Shown piece after piece: positions 17,257 through 28,175 of a stretch of 64,000 bases of DNA (its first letter is position 1; every line of letters begins with the position of its first letter). The DNA is from Halothiobacillaceae bacterium (lineage in GTDB: Bacteria; Pseudomonadota; Gammaproteobacteria; Halothiobacillales; Halothiobacillaceae), in assembly GCA_049974825.1 (NCBI GenBank), contig JBNGDJ010000001.1, positions 30,993-94,992 on the forward strand. The letters run 5' to 3'. Both the position numbers and the translations under genes were made by a program. The notes below the pieces were generated by a model that saw nothing but the letters and a program-made list of their open reading frames with translations, searched no databases and was not told the origin of the DNA.

Positions 17257-20200
17257 GGGCTTTCATCCTCCGCACAAAGCCCCGGCAACCACTGCGCCAT
17301 GGCCGCCAGCAGCTCCGTTTCGGTGTAGGGCTTGCCGAGATAGCCGCTGACGCCGAGAGACTCGGCCCGCTCGCGGTGCTTCGCGGCAGTCCGGGACGTG
17401 ATGAAGATGACCGGCAAGTCCCGGATCTGCGCATCGTTGCGGATGGCCCCGAGCAGCTCGAAGCCGTCCATGCGGGGCATCTCGATATCGCTGAGCACCA
17501 GATCCGGCCGTCGGGCGCGCAGCATGCCCAGCGCCTCCACGCCGTCCCGCGCCACGGCGGTTTCGATATTGCGGCGCTCCAGGATGCGCGCCGTGACCTT
17601 GCGGATGGTGACCGAGTCGTCAACGACAAGTACCAGGGGCCGATCCTCGCGCCCGCGCGGTCCGGCCTCTGCCTGTCCACCGGCCCGGCGGTGCCTGTAC
17701 AGGCCCACCAGGTCCAGCACGGGGGTGACCTCGCCATCTTCGTCGATGGTGGCCCCCATCAGCCCCGGCACCTGGTCCAGTCTCGGCCCGAGCGCCTTGA
17801 CGAACAACTGGATCACCCCATACTGGCGATCGACTTGCACCGCCAGGCGCCGCTCGCCCAGGCGCATCAACAGAACCGGGCGCATGTCCACGCCCAGCGC
17901 ACGGGGCGGGCCGTCACCCCAGAGCAGGTCACCCAGGTAATAAAGCGGGTAGGACTGGCCATCCTGAGACAGGGCCGGCTGCTCGCTGGCGTAGGCGTCC
18001 GCAAGCGCCCGACCGGAGACCCGAACCACCGAGAGAATCCCCTTGTCCGGAATCGCGTAGCGTTGCTCACCCACTCCGAGCAGCACGCCGCGGGTCAGGG
18101 CCTGTGTCAATGGCAGGGTAACCTCAATCCGCGTCCCCGCTCCCGGCGAGCTGTCGACCTCAATATACCCGCCGAGCTGGCGGACTGCCGTGGCAACCAC
18201 ATCCATCCCCACGCCCCGGCCCGCCACCTGCGAGACGGTCTCCGCGGTGGAGAAGCCCGGGTCAAAGATCAGGGTGCGCGCCTCTTCGTCGGAGATTTCC
18301 CGATCGCCCTCGATCAGCCCACGCGCCCGCGCCTTGCGGCGGATGGCCTCCAGGTCCAGTCCGCGACCGTCGTCGGAGACCGTCATCAGGATATTGCCCC
18401 CCTGGCTTTCCAGGTGGATGCGCAGCTGACCCTCAGCCGGCTTGCCGGCCTGCTGGCGAGCCGCGGGCGGTTCGATGCCGTGCGCAATGGCATTGCGGAT
18501 CATGTGTTCCAGCGGTGCCTGCAGGGCCATCAACGTGACCCGGTCGAGCCGGACATCTCCACCCTCGACACTCAGCATCGCCCGGCGGCCAAGTTCCGCG
18601 GCCACCTGCCGGACCAGGCGTTGCAGACGGCCGGCCAGATCACCGAAGCGAACCAGGCGCAATGCAATCAACTGATCCTGCTGGGTTCGCCCCAACCGCC
18701 CCTGCTGAACCAGCAGAGTACGCGCCTGATCGGCCTGCTCCCGCAGTACGTCCTCGATCTCGTCGATGTCGCCCAGCGCCTCCATGAGGCTTCGGCTCAA
18801 CTCCTGCACGCGTGTGAAGCGGTCGAATTCCAGCGGATCGAAATGCGCCCCCGCTTCGACCCCCTCACGATGCAGCTGGTGGCGCATGCTGGACTCGGTC
18901 TCGATTTCCAGGCGACGCAACTGACCTCGCAGTCGAGAGACTGTCTGGTTCAGTTCGCCAAGCTGTCGCTCGAAGCCGTGCATCTGGCGGTCGATGCGCG
19001 CCTGGAGCAGCAGGGACTCGCCGGCCTCGGCCACCAGTTCGTCGATGCGTTCGGAAGGCACCCGGAGCTGTTCCCGCGGTGCCGCCCGCTCGACGGCAGG
19101 CGTCGCCTCGGGCTGATCGACCAGTTGGGCCGGAGCGGGCTCCGCCGCTTTCTCGTCCGTTTCAGCTGTCCCGAAGGACATGGCCTCCTCGGGCGCTGTC
19201 TCCGCCGGTGCCGCACCCTCCAGGCCGGCAGGCTGCGCGGTCTCTTGCGGAGTCGGCGCGGCTGCTGGCGCTGCATCGGTCACTTCTGGCGTGGCTGCTG
19301 CGCCCGTCAGCGCCTCGGAGTCCGGCAGCTCGTCGCGCGACAGCAGGGCAAGAAGCTCGTGCTGGGCCGGTACCGGCTGCATGTTGCGCACCCGGTCGAT
19401 CAGCGTGCCGAGCGTGTCATAGGTCCGCTGAACCAGGGCCACCAGGGCACGCGGGTTGTCGACCCCGCGGTCTCGCGCCCGGTCCAGTCGATCTTCCAGC
19501 AGGTGCGTGATTTCAGCGATATTCATCAGCCCGGCCATGCGGGCCCCGCCCTTGAGCGTGTGCAGGTTGCGGTGTAGCAGCCGGATCGGGTCCGCGGCAT
19601 CCGGCTGGGCATGCCAGGCCTGCAGCTGCTCGTCAGCGGCCTCCACCAGCTCGTCGGCCTCCTCGAGAAAAATCTCCAGGATTTCGGGGTCCTGCTCGGC
19701 CGGCAGGTCGTCCGGGCGCTCGGACTCGTCGGCAGGTTCAGCAGCGGGCTGGGCGCCGGGAGACAGTTCGGGCTTCACCGTCTCGCTGGACGCGGAGGGC
19801 ACCACCGCCGGTTCCGCCGGTTCAACTTTCAGCGGTTCAACGCCGGGGGCTTCGGTCTGCGCTGCCTTCGGAGCCTGCATCCCGGGCACGCCGGCCCCGG
19901 CAAAGGAAGCGCGCAGCGCCAGAAGACGCTCGATCAGATCATGCGTGGGGACCGGCTCGGGCAGCTCGCCGATCGCCCAGCGTCGAAGCTGCTCAATGCG
20001 GTCCACCGCCTCGGAGAACACCGTGAGGGGTTCCTGGTGAAGGCGCGATCCGGCTTCCCGGCAGGCGAGCATGACGTCTTCGACCGCGCGCGCCAGCTGC
20101 GAGATTTCGGAAACGCCGGCGGTGCGGGCCGAGCCGAGCAGGGTGTGCGTCAGTCGCGCCAGCGCCTCGTCCGGCACCAGGCTGACCCCCACCGAGCGGG

Positions 20201-23039
20201 CATGATTGATGCGCTCGCGCAGTGCCTGGATGTACCCGCCGATTTCCTTGTCGAAAATCTCGCGCAGCACGGGGTCTGCAATCACGGGGGGCGCCGCCTC
20301 GGCAGTTTCCTCGGCTTCGGGCAACACGTCAGCCGCCCCCTCGGCAGGCTCGGCCGTCTCGGTCTCTTCCGGCAGCTCCAGCCGCGGGATAACCAGTGCC
20401 TCGACCTGCGCGGCCGGATCCGGCGCGGGCTTGTCGTCGGGCAGTACCTCTTCGCCGCCTGCCAGACGGTCGGCCCGGTGCCGACTGCTGCGCCAGTAGC
20501 CGGGACCCGGCTCGAAGCCCTGCTCAAGCACCCGGAGTGCCCGTCGCAGGCGGTCAACGGCATCGACGACATGCTCGCGCAGGGTGACGCAGGGCTCCAC
20601 CACGCCGTCGAGCACCCCGTTGAGCAGGTTTTCCTGCGCCCAGGCCCAGGCCCCGATCGCTTCGAGTCCGACAATCCGGCCACTGCCCTTGACCGTATGA
20701 AATCCGCGCCGCAGCTCCGAGAGCTTGTGCCGGTCAGTGCGATCGGCATGCCAGCCGCGGGCATTGGACTCCAGTGCGTCGATGAGCTCGCCAATCTCTT
20801 CGGCAAAGACCAGGCGCATCTCGCGCTCGGACTCATCCGGCGGGTGATGGGTATCGACATCGAATTCCGTCTCGAAACCCATGAAGTCGGTCAGCGGCCG
20901 GTCGGGCTCGGCCAGGGCCGGCGCGCTCAAAAGCGGGGGCAGTTCCACACGTCCGGCACCGGTGGCCACCGGCGCGAAGGTCGGGGGCGGCTCCTCCGGC
21001 TCGGCTTGCACATTCGGTTCCCGTGACGGCTGCGGTGCGGGCTCGGGTGCTTCAATGGCCAGATCCGAGAGATCGGGCATCTCCGGGGCCGGGATTGACT
21101 CGACTGACTCGCCCCCTGGTTCGGGTTCCTGTTCGGGTTCGGGCGCAGGTTCGGGCTCGGCTGCTCGCGGGGGCTCCGACGCGGCGGCAGGCGCCTCATC
21201 CATCGGCACAGTGACAGGCGACGGCGGTTCGACAGGCCGCTCGGAAGGCGCAACCGCTGTCTGCGCCTCTTCAGGCTCGGCGGACTCTGGGGCTTCCTCC
21301 TGCGGGCCTGGCTCGACGCTGGCTGCCGGCAATGCAGCCGAGGGCTCAATTGCTTGTTCCGCAGGTTCTGCGACGGATTTGCGTTCTGCCGGCTGCGCTT
21401 CACCGAGCGCGGCATCCAGGGCCTGCTGGGCATCAAGACCTACCTGCAAAAAGCGCGTCAACTCGCGGCGGTAGGTGCGCAGGTTGCGAAAATAGTATTC
21501 GACGGCTGCAAAAAGCGTGGCCAGCGCCGTCAGCGTTTCGGGGTCCCGGCTTTCAGGCCGCTCGGCCAGTTCGGCCTGAATCCAGCGACGCAGACCGGCG
21601 AGCAGGGGTTGAACCGCGTTCATGCCCGAGACAGACAGTGCCCCCTCCACGGATTCCAGAGCCGCCTCCGCCTTGTCCAGCGCAGCGCGGCTGCCCACCA
21701 GCAGGTTGTCGACCTCGGACTTGGCCGAAAGAAAGGCATCGGTGGCCGCTTCCATCAACGCCTCGATGGCGCCGAACAGTGCCAGATCGACCATCAGCGG
21801 TGCCGAGCGGGTGCCATGCAGTGCGCTGGCTGTCAGACGGTTCAAGGCAACCTGCCCCTGCATGACGGCGCCGGCCAGCTGCATCAGGTAGGCATCGTCC
21901 AGAGTCGCTTCGCCGGCGATGGCCGACTCCAGGCGGCTGGCCAGGGCGGGCAAGTCGTCCGACTGTTCACCGGCGCCGAGAAAGTTCAGCGTGCGATGGG
22001 CTACAAGCAGCCGCGGCATCAGGGTGGTCAGCGGGTCCAGGTCGGAACGGTTGCCCCGCACAAACATGTCCAGCGCATCCTCGATGGCGGCATATTCGGA
22101 CTCAAGCTCGCTTGCCGCCTGCTCCACCGCGGCGCGCTCAAGCCCGACAAACTGTGCCTGGTCGCGGCCGCCAGCCTGGGCAGCGCGCAACTCGGCGACC
22201 GGCAACCCGAACAAATGCTCTGATTCGGGCAGTTGTTCGACCAGGTGAAAGAGCACCCCGCGGGCCAGGGCATCAAGCTGGTCAACATAACCCGCGCCTC
22301 GCCCCTGATCAACGGCAGCGCGCAGTACCCGGTTGACTCGTCCGAGCAGCATCTTTTCCCGGGCAGTCGGCTCGGGAAAGGCCCGGATCAGCTCAAAAAG
22401 CAGCCGCCAGCTCAGGGATTCCATCCGCGTCTGCGCGCTGCCGACCAGTTCGGAGAAGATCCCGGCCAACACCTCGGTGCCGTCCGGCTGGCCGCGCAGC
22501 AGGCCAAGCAGGGCCTGCTCGTAGCGACCGCGCAGTGCCGACAGGTCGGGCTGCTGATCGCCCCGGGGCGAAGCAAGCGGCACCATGCCGGCCAGACGCA
22601 GCAGGGCATGCTGCGCCCGAAGTGCCTCCGCGTCCATGGCCTCAACGCCACGAGCCGCGCGAATGGCATTGACCACGGAGGCCAGATCGATCGCCTGCAC
22701 CGCGTCACCGGCCTGAAGATGATCCATCAGCGGGCCGAGTTGCCAGGCACCGCGAACCAGGGCCGAGACGACCTCGGCCGAGAAAACGTCCCGGTCGACC
22801 ATGTGCTGGCAACCGAGCATCATCTCCCGGGTCAATACGCGGGCGACGTGCAGGTCGGTCATGGCAAACACGCCGCCAAGCTGCTCGAGGACGCGGGCCG
22901 CGTCCTCGGCATGCTCCGGCGCCGCCGACTCGCCGGTCAACGGCTCGAGCGCCAGCCGGAGCCGTTCGATCTGCTCGTCCACGCCCTCGCGAATCCAGTC
23001 GAGTGCGATGGCATCCATGAGCTCTTCACGCGGCGTCAT
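17253..23039 (-). CDS. chpA: ChpA/PilL-type hybrid CheA histidine kinase with multiple Hpt domains and a C-terminal receiver
   Basis: Hpt motifs FHTVKGSGRIVGL, LTHTLLGSARTAG and LHTLKGGARMAGL, plus degenerate N-terminal copies. The kinase core reads HMIRNAIAHGIE, DDGRGLD, GRGVGMDVV. A CheW-like domain and a receiver (LVVDDSVTIRKV ... LSDIEMPRMDG) follow. The ORF track starts at GTG 23108. ATG 23039 (MTPREELMDAIALDW) has GGGGGAAG upstream. Confidence 0.85.
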   Translation of the reverse strand: MTPREELMDAIALDWIREGVDEQIERLRLALEPLTGESAAPEHAEDAARVLEQLGGVFAMTDLHVARVLTREMMLGCQHMVDRDVFSAEVVSALVRGAWQLGPLMDHLQAGDAVQAIDLASVVNAIRAARGVEAMDAEALRAQHALLRLAGMVPLASPRGDQQPDLSALRGRYEQALLGLLRGQPDGTEVLAGIFSELVGSAQTRMESLSWRLLFELIRAFPEPTAREKMLLGRVNRVLRAAVDQGRGAGYVDQLDALARGVLFHLVEQLPESEHLFGLPVAELRAAQAGGRDQAQFVGLERAAVEQAASELESEYAAIEDALDMFVRGNRSDLDPLTTLMPRLLVAHRTLNFLGAGEQSDDLPALASRLESAIAGEATLDDAYLMQLAGAVMQGQVALNRLTASALHGTRSAPLMVDLALFGAIEALMEAATDAFLSAKSEVDNLLVGSRAALDKAEAALESVEGALSVSGMNAVQPLLAGLRRWIQAELAERPESRDPETLTALATLFAAVEYYFRNLRTYRRELTRFLQVGLDAQQALDAALGEAQPAERKSVAEPAEQAIEPSAALPAASVEPGPQEEAPESAEPEEAQTAVAPSERPVEPPSPVTVPMDEAPAAASEPPRAAEPEPAPEPEQEPEPGGESVESIPAPEMPDLSDLAIEAPEPAPQPSREPNVQAEPEEPPPTFAPVATGAGRVELPPLLSAPALAEPDRPLTDFMGFETEFDVDTHHPPDESEREMRLVFAEEIGELIDALESNARGWHADRTDRHKLSELRRGFHTVKGSGRIVGLEAIGAWAWAQENLLNGVLDGVVEPCVTLREHVVDAVDRLRRALRVLEQGFEPGPGYWRSSRHRADRLAGGEEVLPDDKPAPDPAAQVEALVIPRLELPEETETAEPAEGAADVLPEAEETAEAAPPVIADPVLREIFDKEIGGYIQALRERINHARSVGVSLVPDEALARLTHTLLGSARTAGVSEISQLARAVEDVMLACREAGSRLHQEPLTVFSEAVDRIEQLRRWAIGELPEPVPTHDLIERLLALRASFAGAGVPGMQAPKAAQTEAPGVEPLKVEPAEPAVVPSASSETVKPELSPGAQPAAEPADESERPDDLPAEQDPEILEIFLEEADELVEAADEQLQAWHAQPDAADPIRLLHRNLHTLKGGARMAGLMNIAEITHLLEDRLDRARDRGVDNPRALVALVQRTYDTLGTLIDRVRNMQPVPAQHELLALLSRDELPDSEALTGAAATPEVTDAAPAAAPTPQETAQPAGLEGAAPAETAPEEAMSFGTAETDEKAAEPAPAQLVDQPEATPAVERAAPREQLRVPSERIDELVAEAGESLLLQARIDRQMHGFERQLGELNQTVSRLRGQLRRLEIETESSMRHQLHREGVEAGAHFDPLEFDRFTRVQELSRSLMEALGDIDEIEDVLREQADQARTLLVQQGRLGRTQQDQLIALRLVRFGDLAGRLQRLVRQVAAELGRRAMLSVEGGDVRLDRVTLMALQAPLEHMIRNAIAHGIEPPAARQQAGKPAEGQLRIHLESQGGNILMTVSDDGRGLDLEAIRRKARARGLIEGDREISDEEARTLIFDPGFSTAETVSQVAGRGVGMDVVATAVRQLGGYIEVDSSPGAGTRIEVTLPLTQALTRGVLLGVGEQRYAIPDKGILSVVRVSGRALADAYASEQPALSQDGQSYPLYYLGDLLWGDGPPRALGVDMRPVLLMRLGERRLAVQVDRQYGVIQLFVKALGPRLDQVPGLMGATIDEDGEVTPVLDLVGLYRHRRAGGQAEAGPRGREDRPLVLVVDDSVTIRKVTARILERRNIETAVARDGVEALGMLRARRPDLVLSDIEMPRMDGFELLGAIRNDAQIRDLPVIFITSRTAAKHRERAESLGVSGYLGKPYTETELLAAMAQWLPGLCAEDESP

Positions 23040-23126
23040 TGACGCTTCCCCCTTGCAGTCGTTCTGGCAGGGTGTCGCCCCGTGACCTCTCGCCACCGGT
23101 CGACTCACCCCGGCTTGGCGTGACGA

Positions 23127-25124
23127 TCAATCCGCACGCTCCGGCATGCGGAAGCCGGCCACGGAAGTATTCAGCTCGCTGGACAGGGCACCGAGCTGGC
23201 CAATTTCCTCAGCGGCTCGGTTGGCCTCGTCCGCCGTCTCGCGGGTCTGCTCACGGATTGTGACCACCCGCTCGCGAAGCTGGTTGGCCACGCCGGCCTC
23301 CGACTGGGCAACCTGGGAAATCTCGTTGATTCGCTCCGAAAGGCTGAGGGAGACGGTCTCGATCTCCTCCAGTGCCTTGCCGGCGTTCTCCGCCAGCCCG
23401 GCGCCGCTGACCACGTTGGAAGTCGTGCGCTCCATGGCGAGCATGGCCTCGGATGTGTCGGTCTGAATGGTATTGACCAGCAGTTCGATCTGGCGGGTCG
23501 CGCTGCCCACGCGTTCTGCCAGACGCTGTACTTCGTCCGCGACCACCGCGAAGCCCCGCCCGGCCTCGCCGGCCATGGCCGCCTGGATTGCGGCATTCAG
23601 CGCCAGGATGTTCGTCTGGTCCGCAATGTCGGTGATCAGGCCAACAATGTCGCCGATCTCCTGGGAGCTCTCACCCAGACGCTTGATTCGCTTGGAGGTC
23701 TCCTGAATCTGCTCCCGGATCGAGCTCATGCCGCGGATGGTTTCCCGCACCGCGTCCCCGCCCCGGTGCGCCACATCGACCGAGGACTTGGCCACGTCGG
23801 CCGATTCCTGGGCGTTGCGCGACACGTTCTCGATTTCGTCTGCCATCCGGGCAATCGCCTCGCTGACCTCGTCGATCCGCTGGGCCTGGGCGCGAGACTT
23901 CTCGGCCAGCTGTCGCGAACTCGACTGCGAATCCGACACCGCCCCAGCCACGCGAACCGAGGTGTCGTTGATCGTTCCGACCAGGTCACGCAACGCGTCG
24001 ATCGTGTAGTTGACCGAGTCGGCGATGGCGCCGGTAATGTCCTCGGTCACCGTGGTGTGGGCACTGAGGTCACCGTCGGCCAGGGTCATCATCTCGTCGA
24101 GCAGACGCAGAATGGCCTGCTGGTTGCGCTGGTTCTGGGCCTCGGTTGCGGCAAGCTGCGCGCGCGCGGCACGGGTGAGCACCCAGCCAAGCAGAACCAG
24201 CAGGATGGCCGCCAGACCCCCGATGCCGAAACCGACGTAAAGCAGGCGGGCTGCGGCCGCCTGGTCGTCGGACATGAGGTCGGAGAATGCAAGGGCCTGC
24301 TCGGTAAAGGCTTCACCCTCGTCCAGGGCGCGATCAACCGCCTGGTCGACCGCCGCCAGATCCTCGGCCCGGGAAGCCACGGCCTCCACCTCGGCCAGGA
24401 CGAAGGCGAACTGCTCGCGCAGGGCGGCCACCTGCCCCCGGTCGGCAAGCCCGGCTGCCGGCAGATCGTCCAGGATGCGCGAGAAGATCCCGAGGTCCAC
24501 GCCCAGGCGCGCCAGCGTCTCGGATCGGCTGCGATCGGCATCAAGCAGCGCAGCCAGTCCGGATTCGAGCCGCTGGGCCAGCATCAGCTGCCGGGTCGCG
24601 TCGTAGACCCGCGCCGGGGCGGCATCCGCGCGGACCAGCTGCATGGCCACCGCGTCAGCCCCGGCGACCAGATCGGGCAGCGCCGCAGACACCTCGGCGG
24701 CCTTCTCGGTCACCGTGATGACGGCATCCCGCCCGGCCAGCAGCGCGTCCAGGTTTTCCGCATAGGCCGCCCAGTGGGTAGCCAGCGCGTCGAGATCCGC
24801 CGAACGGCTGCCCGGCAGCGGCGCCACGCCGGTTTCCGGGTCCCCGTCACGCAGCCGCTCCAGGTCGCGCGCCACCAGGCGGCGGAAGTCGGCCACGCGC
24901 CCGAATGCGCCCGCGTCACCCTCCGCCGCACGGGGCAGCTCGACGACCAGGTCCTGCGCAGCGCGCTCTATCTGAGCCGCGATCAGGCGTCGTTCAAGGT
25001 AATGGCGATCCTGCTGGGCAGAGACCAGGAAGATTCCGGCCGTAGCGAGGAACGCCAGCGCGATGGCTGCCACAAGAGCGATGACCTGGTTGCTGACCCC
25101 GCCAAACTTCTTCATCAAACGCAT
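23127..25124 (-). CDS. pilJ: PilJ-type methyl-accepting chemotaxis protein (665 aa)
   Basis: N-terminal TM and a long helical periplasmic region, then a second TM and a HAMP-like region. The MCP signalling domain carries the conserved hairpin [40 protein letters not shown]. It sits between pilI and chpA. Confidence 0.85.
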   Translation of the reverse strand: MRLMKKFGGVSNQVIALVAAIALAFLATAGIFLVSAQQDRHYLERRLIAAQIERAAQDLVVELPRAAEGDAGAFGRVADFRRLVARDLERLRDGDPETGVAPLPGSRSADLDALATHWAAYAENLDALLAGRDAVITVTEKAAEVSAALPDLVAGADAVAMQLVRADAAPARVYDATRQLMLAQRLESGLAALLDADRSRSETLARLGVDLGIFSRILDDLPAAGLADRGQVAALREQFAFVLAEVEAVASRAEDLAAVDQAVDRALDEGEAFTEQALAFSDLMSDDQAAAARLLYVGFGIGGLAAILLVLLGWVLTRAARAQLAATEAQNQRNQQAILRLLDEMMTLADGDLSAHTTVTEDITGAIADSVNYTIDALRDLVGTINDTSVRVAGAVSDSQSSSRQLAEKSRAQAQRIDEVSEAIARMADEIENVSRNAQESADVAKSSVDVAHRGGDAVRETIRGMSSIREQIQETSKRIKRLGESSQEIGDIVGLITDIADQTNILALNAAIQAAMAGEAGRGFAVVADEVQRLAERVGSATRQIELLVNTIQTDTSEAMLAMERTTSNVVSGAGLAENAGKALEEIETVSLSLSERINEISQVAQSEAGVANQLRERVVTIREQTRETADEANRAAEEIGQLGALSSELNTSVAGFRMPERAD

Positions 25125-25203
25125 ACGCTTACAACTTCCGGTTCATGGCCCGGCCGGCTGCCGGACCGCTGGAAAAGTCATCGGGTGCCGACGCGGCAAA
25201 AAT

Positions 25204-25740
25204 TCAGGCGCCGCGCGCGGCCACCACGGCATTGAAGGCCGGGCTGTCCACGAGGGCGGTCAGGGAAATCACCTGCACCGGCTCGGCCTCGAAGGTAACG
25301 GCATGATCGACGTGCGGCAGGTCCGCCGGCGACTGCGCACGGTCATCCGCCGGGAAGCGGCGGATGCCGATCGAGCGGTCGACCAGCAGGGCGGCGGCAT
25401 CCTCGGCCCGCCGAACGACCAGCATGACACTGCGCCGATCCACGGACGTCGGCCGACCGAACAACACAAGCCCCAGGTCATGCACCCCGACAAGCTCGCC
25501 ACGCAGATTGCACAGTCCAAGCAGAGAGGGAACGACCCCGGGCAGCGGGACGATCCGGGGTACCGGCACGATGGCGGAAACCTCGTCCAGCGGGGAGACC
25601 AGCAACTGCTCTCCCACCCGGTACACGACCCCTTGCCAAGTTTCCACCACCCCCTGCTCGCGCGGCAGGCCGGCCGAGGAGGCGACGGCGCGCCCGGCCA
25701 GGCTGCGCAGGCAATCGAAGGCGGTCGCTGCCTCAGCCAC
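25204..25740 (-). CDS. pilI: PilI-type CheW-like protein (178 aa)
   Basis: CheW-like sequence (VPRIVPLPGVVPSLLGLCNLRGELVGVHDL). The GTG start overlaps the pilH stop by 8 nt. Gene order matches pilG-H-I-J. Confidence 0.7.
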   Translation of the reverse strand: MAEAATAFDCLRSLAGRAVASSAGLPREQGVVETWQGVVYRVGEQLLVSPLDEVSAIVPVPRIVPLPGVVPSLLGLCNLRGELVGVHDLGLVLFGRPTSVDRRSVMLVVRRAEDAAALLVDRSIGIRRFPADDRAQSPADLPHVDHAVTFEAEPVQVISLTALVDSPAFNAVVAARGA

Positions 25741-26098
25741 CGAGCACCTGCCTGAGCGCGGCCATCAGCTCTGCTTCCTCGACCGGCTTGGTCAGGTAGG
25801 CCTTGGCTCCCTGACGCATTCCCCAGATCCGGTCTGTTTCCTGGTCCTTGGTGGTCACCATGATGACGGGAATCTTCGCGGTTTCCGGGTCCCGGCTCAG
25901 CTGGCGCGTGGCCTGGAAACCGTTCATGCCCGGCATGACCACGTCCATCAACACCAGATCAGGCTTGCCGGACCTGATCAGGGCCAGCCCCTCCTCCGCG
26001 CTGGAGGCGGACTCGACCTGGAACCCCTTCCCCGTGAGCATCTTCTGCAGCACGTAGATCTCGGTGGGCGAATCGTCGACGATCACCACTTTCGCCAT
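25733..26098 (-). CDS. pilH: PilH-type single-domain response regulator (121 aa)
   Basis: MAKVVIVDDSPTEIYVLQKML ... DLVLMDVVMPGMNGFQATRQL ... YLTKPV is a CheY-like receiver. GGGAGCAAGGC lies upstream of the ATG. Confidence 0.85.
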   Translation of the reverse strand: MAKVVIVDDSPTEIYVLQKMLTGKGFQVESASSAEEGLALIRSGKPDLVLMDVVMPGMNGFQATRQLSRDPETAKIPVIMVTTKDQETDRIWGMRQGAKAYLTKPVEEAELMAALRQVLGG

Positions 26099-26148
26099 GC
26101 CTTGCTCCCTTGAAGTCTCGAAGAAGTCTCGAAATGGTTGCGCGGCGG

Positions 26149-26583
26149 TCAGGCCAGTTGCGCCTCGGCCACAGGCCGACCCTCGGGGAAGATTCGGCCA
26201 AGCGCCCCGAGCAGCTCGTCACTGGTAAACGGCTTGGTCAGGTAGTACTCCGAACCCACGATCCGGCCGCGCGCCTTGTCAAAGATGCTGTCCTTGCTGG
26301 AGAGCAACACCACCGGCACATCGGCGAACCGGGGGTTGTGCTTGATCAGCGCCGTGGTCTGGTAGCCGTCGAGGCGGGGCATGAGGATGTCGATGATCAC
26401 CACATCCGGCTGGAATTCGTCGATGCGGTGCAGGGAATCGAAACCGTCCACCGCGGTACGCACCTCGCAGCCGGCCCGACCCAGGAGGCTTTCGGCCGTC
26501 CGGCGGATGGTCTTGCTGTCATCGACCACCATGACCTTGAGGCCCTCGAGTCCTTTTGCGTCGCTGCTGCCCTGTTCTGCCAT
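26149..26583 (-). CDS. pilG: PilG-type single-domain response regulator
   Basis: From ATG 26583: MAEQGSSDAKGLEGLKVMVVDDSKTIRRTAESLL ... DILMPRLDGYQT ... SSKDSIFDKARGRIVGSEYYLTKPF. This matches my recollection of P. aeruginosa PilG closely. An alternative ATG is at 26649. The ORF-track start at 26790 looks like non-coding read-through. Confidence 0.85.
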   Translation of the reverse strand: MAEQGSSDAKGLEGLKVMVVDDSKTIRRTAESLLGRAGCEVRTAVDGFDSLHRIDEFQPDVVIIDILMPRLDGYQTTALIKHNPRFADVPVVLLSSKDSIFDKARGRIVGSEYYLTKPFTSDELLGALGRIFPEGRPVAEAQLA

Positions 26584-26873
26584 GTCGTCACCCTGATCCT
26601 GGGCGGTCGGAACGAATCGTCCGCCGGATTGCCCATTGCGATTGCTCATTGCCTTTGCGCCGGACGCGCATCCTGCTGCAATACTCGGACAGATGGCGCT
26701 CCCGCGCAAGTTGCGCACCCTTGCGACAGCAGTGATCACAGCCTGAGCGCACAGGCTGCTAGAATGAAGCCCCTGCCAATGATGGCCCAAGGTTCAACCG
26801 GGGGCGTCGCCGGCAGCGGCCGGGCGACGGGCCCGAGCACCACTTGCCCATTACACACAATTCGAGTAAGCGA

Positions 26874-28175
26874 ATGCCAGAAAACAGGCCAGAACTTCCC
26901 CGTCTTGAGGACAGCTACTGCGGTCCGCTGCTGGAAATCGAATCACACATCGTCGAACACCAGAAGGAAATTGAAACCTGGTTCCGGCAGGCATGGCGCC
27001 GGACACCAGCGCCCTTTTATGCCTCGGTGGACCTGCGCAATGCCGGATTCAAGCTGGCTCCGGTGGACACCAACCTGTTCCCGGCCGGCTTCAACAATCT
27101 GAATCACGATTTCGATCCGCTTGCCATCCAGGCCATTCAGGCGGCGGTGGAGCACGCCTGTCCGGACGCAGAGGCGATGCTCATCATCCCCGAACGGCAC
27201 ACCCGAAACCTCTACTACCTGGAGAGCCTGGCCTCGCTGGTGCACCTGGTCGAACTGGCCGGCTTCGAGGTCCGCGTCGGCACGCTGGAGGCAATCGACA
27301 GTCCGGCCACCTTCGAGCTGCCCTCGGGCCGGACCCTGGTGCAGCACCCGGTACGCCGGGAGGGAGCGCGGCTGATGGCCGGCGATTTCTCCCCCTGCAC
27401 CGTGCTTCTGAACAACGACCTCTCCGGTGGTCGTCAGGAGGTGCTTGAAGGACTGGAACAGGCGGTTATCCCGCCTCCGGCGCTGGGCTGGTGGAATCGC
27501 TCCAAGCACCGGCACTTCAGCCACTACAGCGAACTGGCCCGCGATTTCTGTGACGTGATCGACATCGACCCCTGGCGGATCACCCCGATGATGGCCGACT
27601 GCGGCGAAATTGACTTTCTCAAGCGCGAAGGCGAGGACTGTCTGGCCGAGCGCGTCGGTGTGCTGCTGGAATCCATTTCCGAGAAATACCGGGAGCACGG
27701 AATCGACCGGGAACCGTTCGTGGTGATCAAGGCCGATGCGGGCACCTACGGGATGGGCGTAATGGTCGCCCGTTCCGCCGACGAGGTGGTCGGGCTCAAC
27801 CGCAAGCAGCGCACCCGGATGTCCGCCAGCAAGGAAGGCCTCGGCATTCGTCGCGTCCTGATCCAGGAAGGCGTGCACAGCTTCGAAACCGTGGGCCAGG
27901 ATGCCAAGGTGGCCGAGCCTGTGCTGTACATGGTCGACCATTACGTGATCGGCGGCTTCTACCGAGTGCACACGGAAAAGGGGATCAACGAAAACCTCAA
28001 CGCCCCCGGCGCGCAGTTCGTGCCCCTGCCTTTCACGGAGTCCTGCATTACGCCGGACGTGAACATCTCCCCGGATGCCGACCCCAACCGCCTCTATACC
28101 TACGGCGTGGTGGCCCGCCTGGCCCTTCTGGCAGCGGCCCGGGAGCAGGCCCAGATGCAGGAAATGCCGACATGA
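26874..28175 (+). CDS. gshA: Glutamate-cysteine ligase (non-E. coli, Thiobacillus ferrooxidans-type family)
   Basis: Contains FYASVDLRNAGFKLAPVDTNLFPAGFNNL, recalled as typical of that GshA family. Its stop overlaps the gshB ATG (ATGA). ATG 26874 is preferred over TTG 26844. Confidence 0.75.
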   Translation: MPENRPELPRLEDSYCGPLLEIESHIVEHQKEIETWFRQAWRRTPAPFYASVDLRNAGFKLAPVDTNLFPAGFNNLNHDFDPLAIQAIQAAVEHACPDAEAMLIIPERHTRNLYYLESLASLVHLVELAGFEVRVGTLEAIDSPATFELPSGRTLVQHPVRREGARLMAGDFSPCTVLLNNDLSGGRQEVLEGLEQAVIPPPALGWWNRSKHRHFSHYSELARDFCDVIDIDPWRITPMMADCGEIDFLKREGEDCLAERVGVLLESISEKYREHGIDREPFVVIKADAGTYGMGVMVARSADEVVGLNRKQRTRMSASKEGLGIRRVLIQEGVHSFETVGQDAKVAEPVLYMVDHYVIGGFYRVHTEKGINENLNAPGAQFVPLPFTESCITPDVNISPDADPNRLYTYGVVARLALLAAAREQAQMQEMPT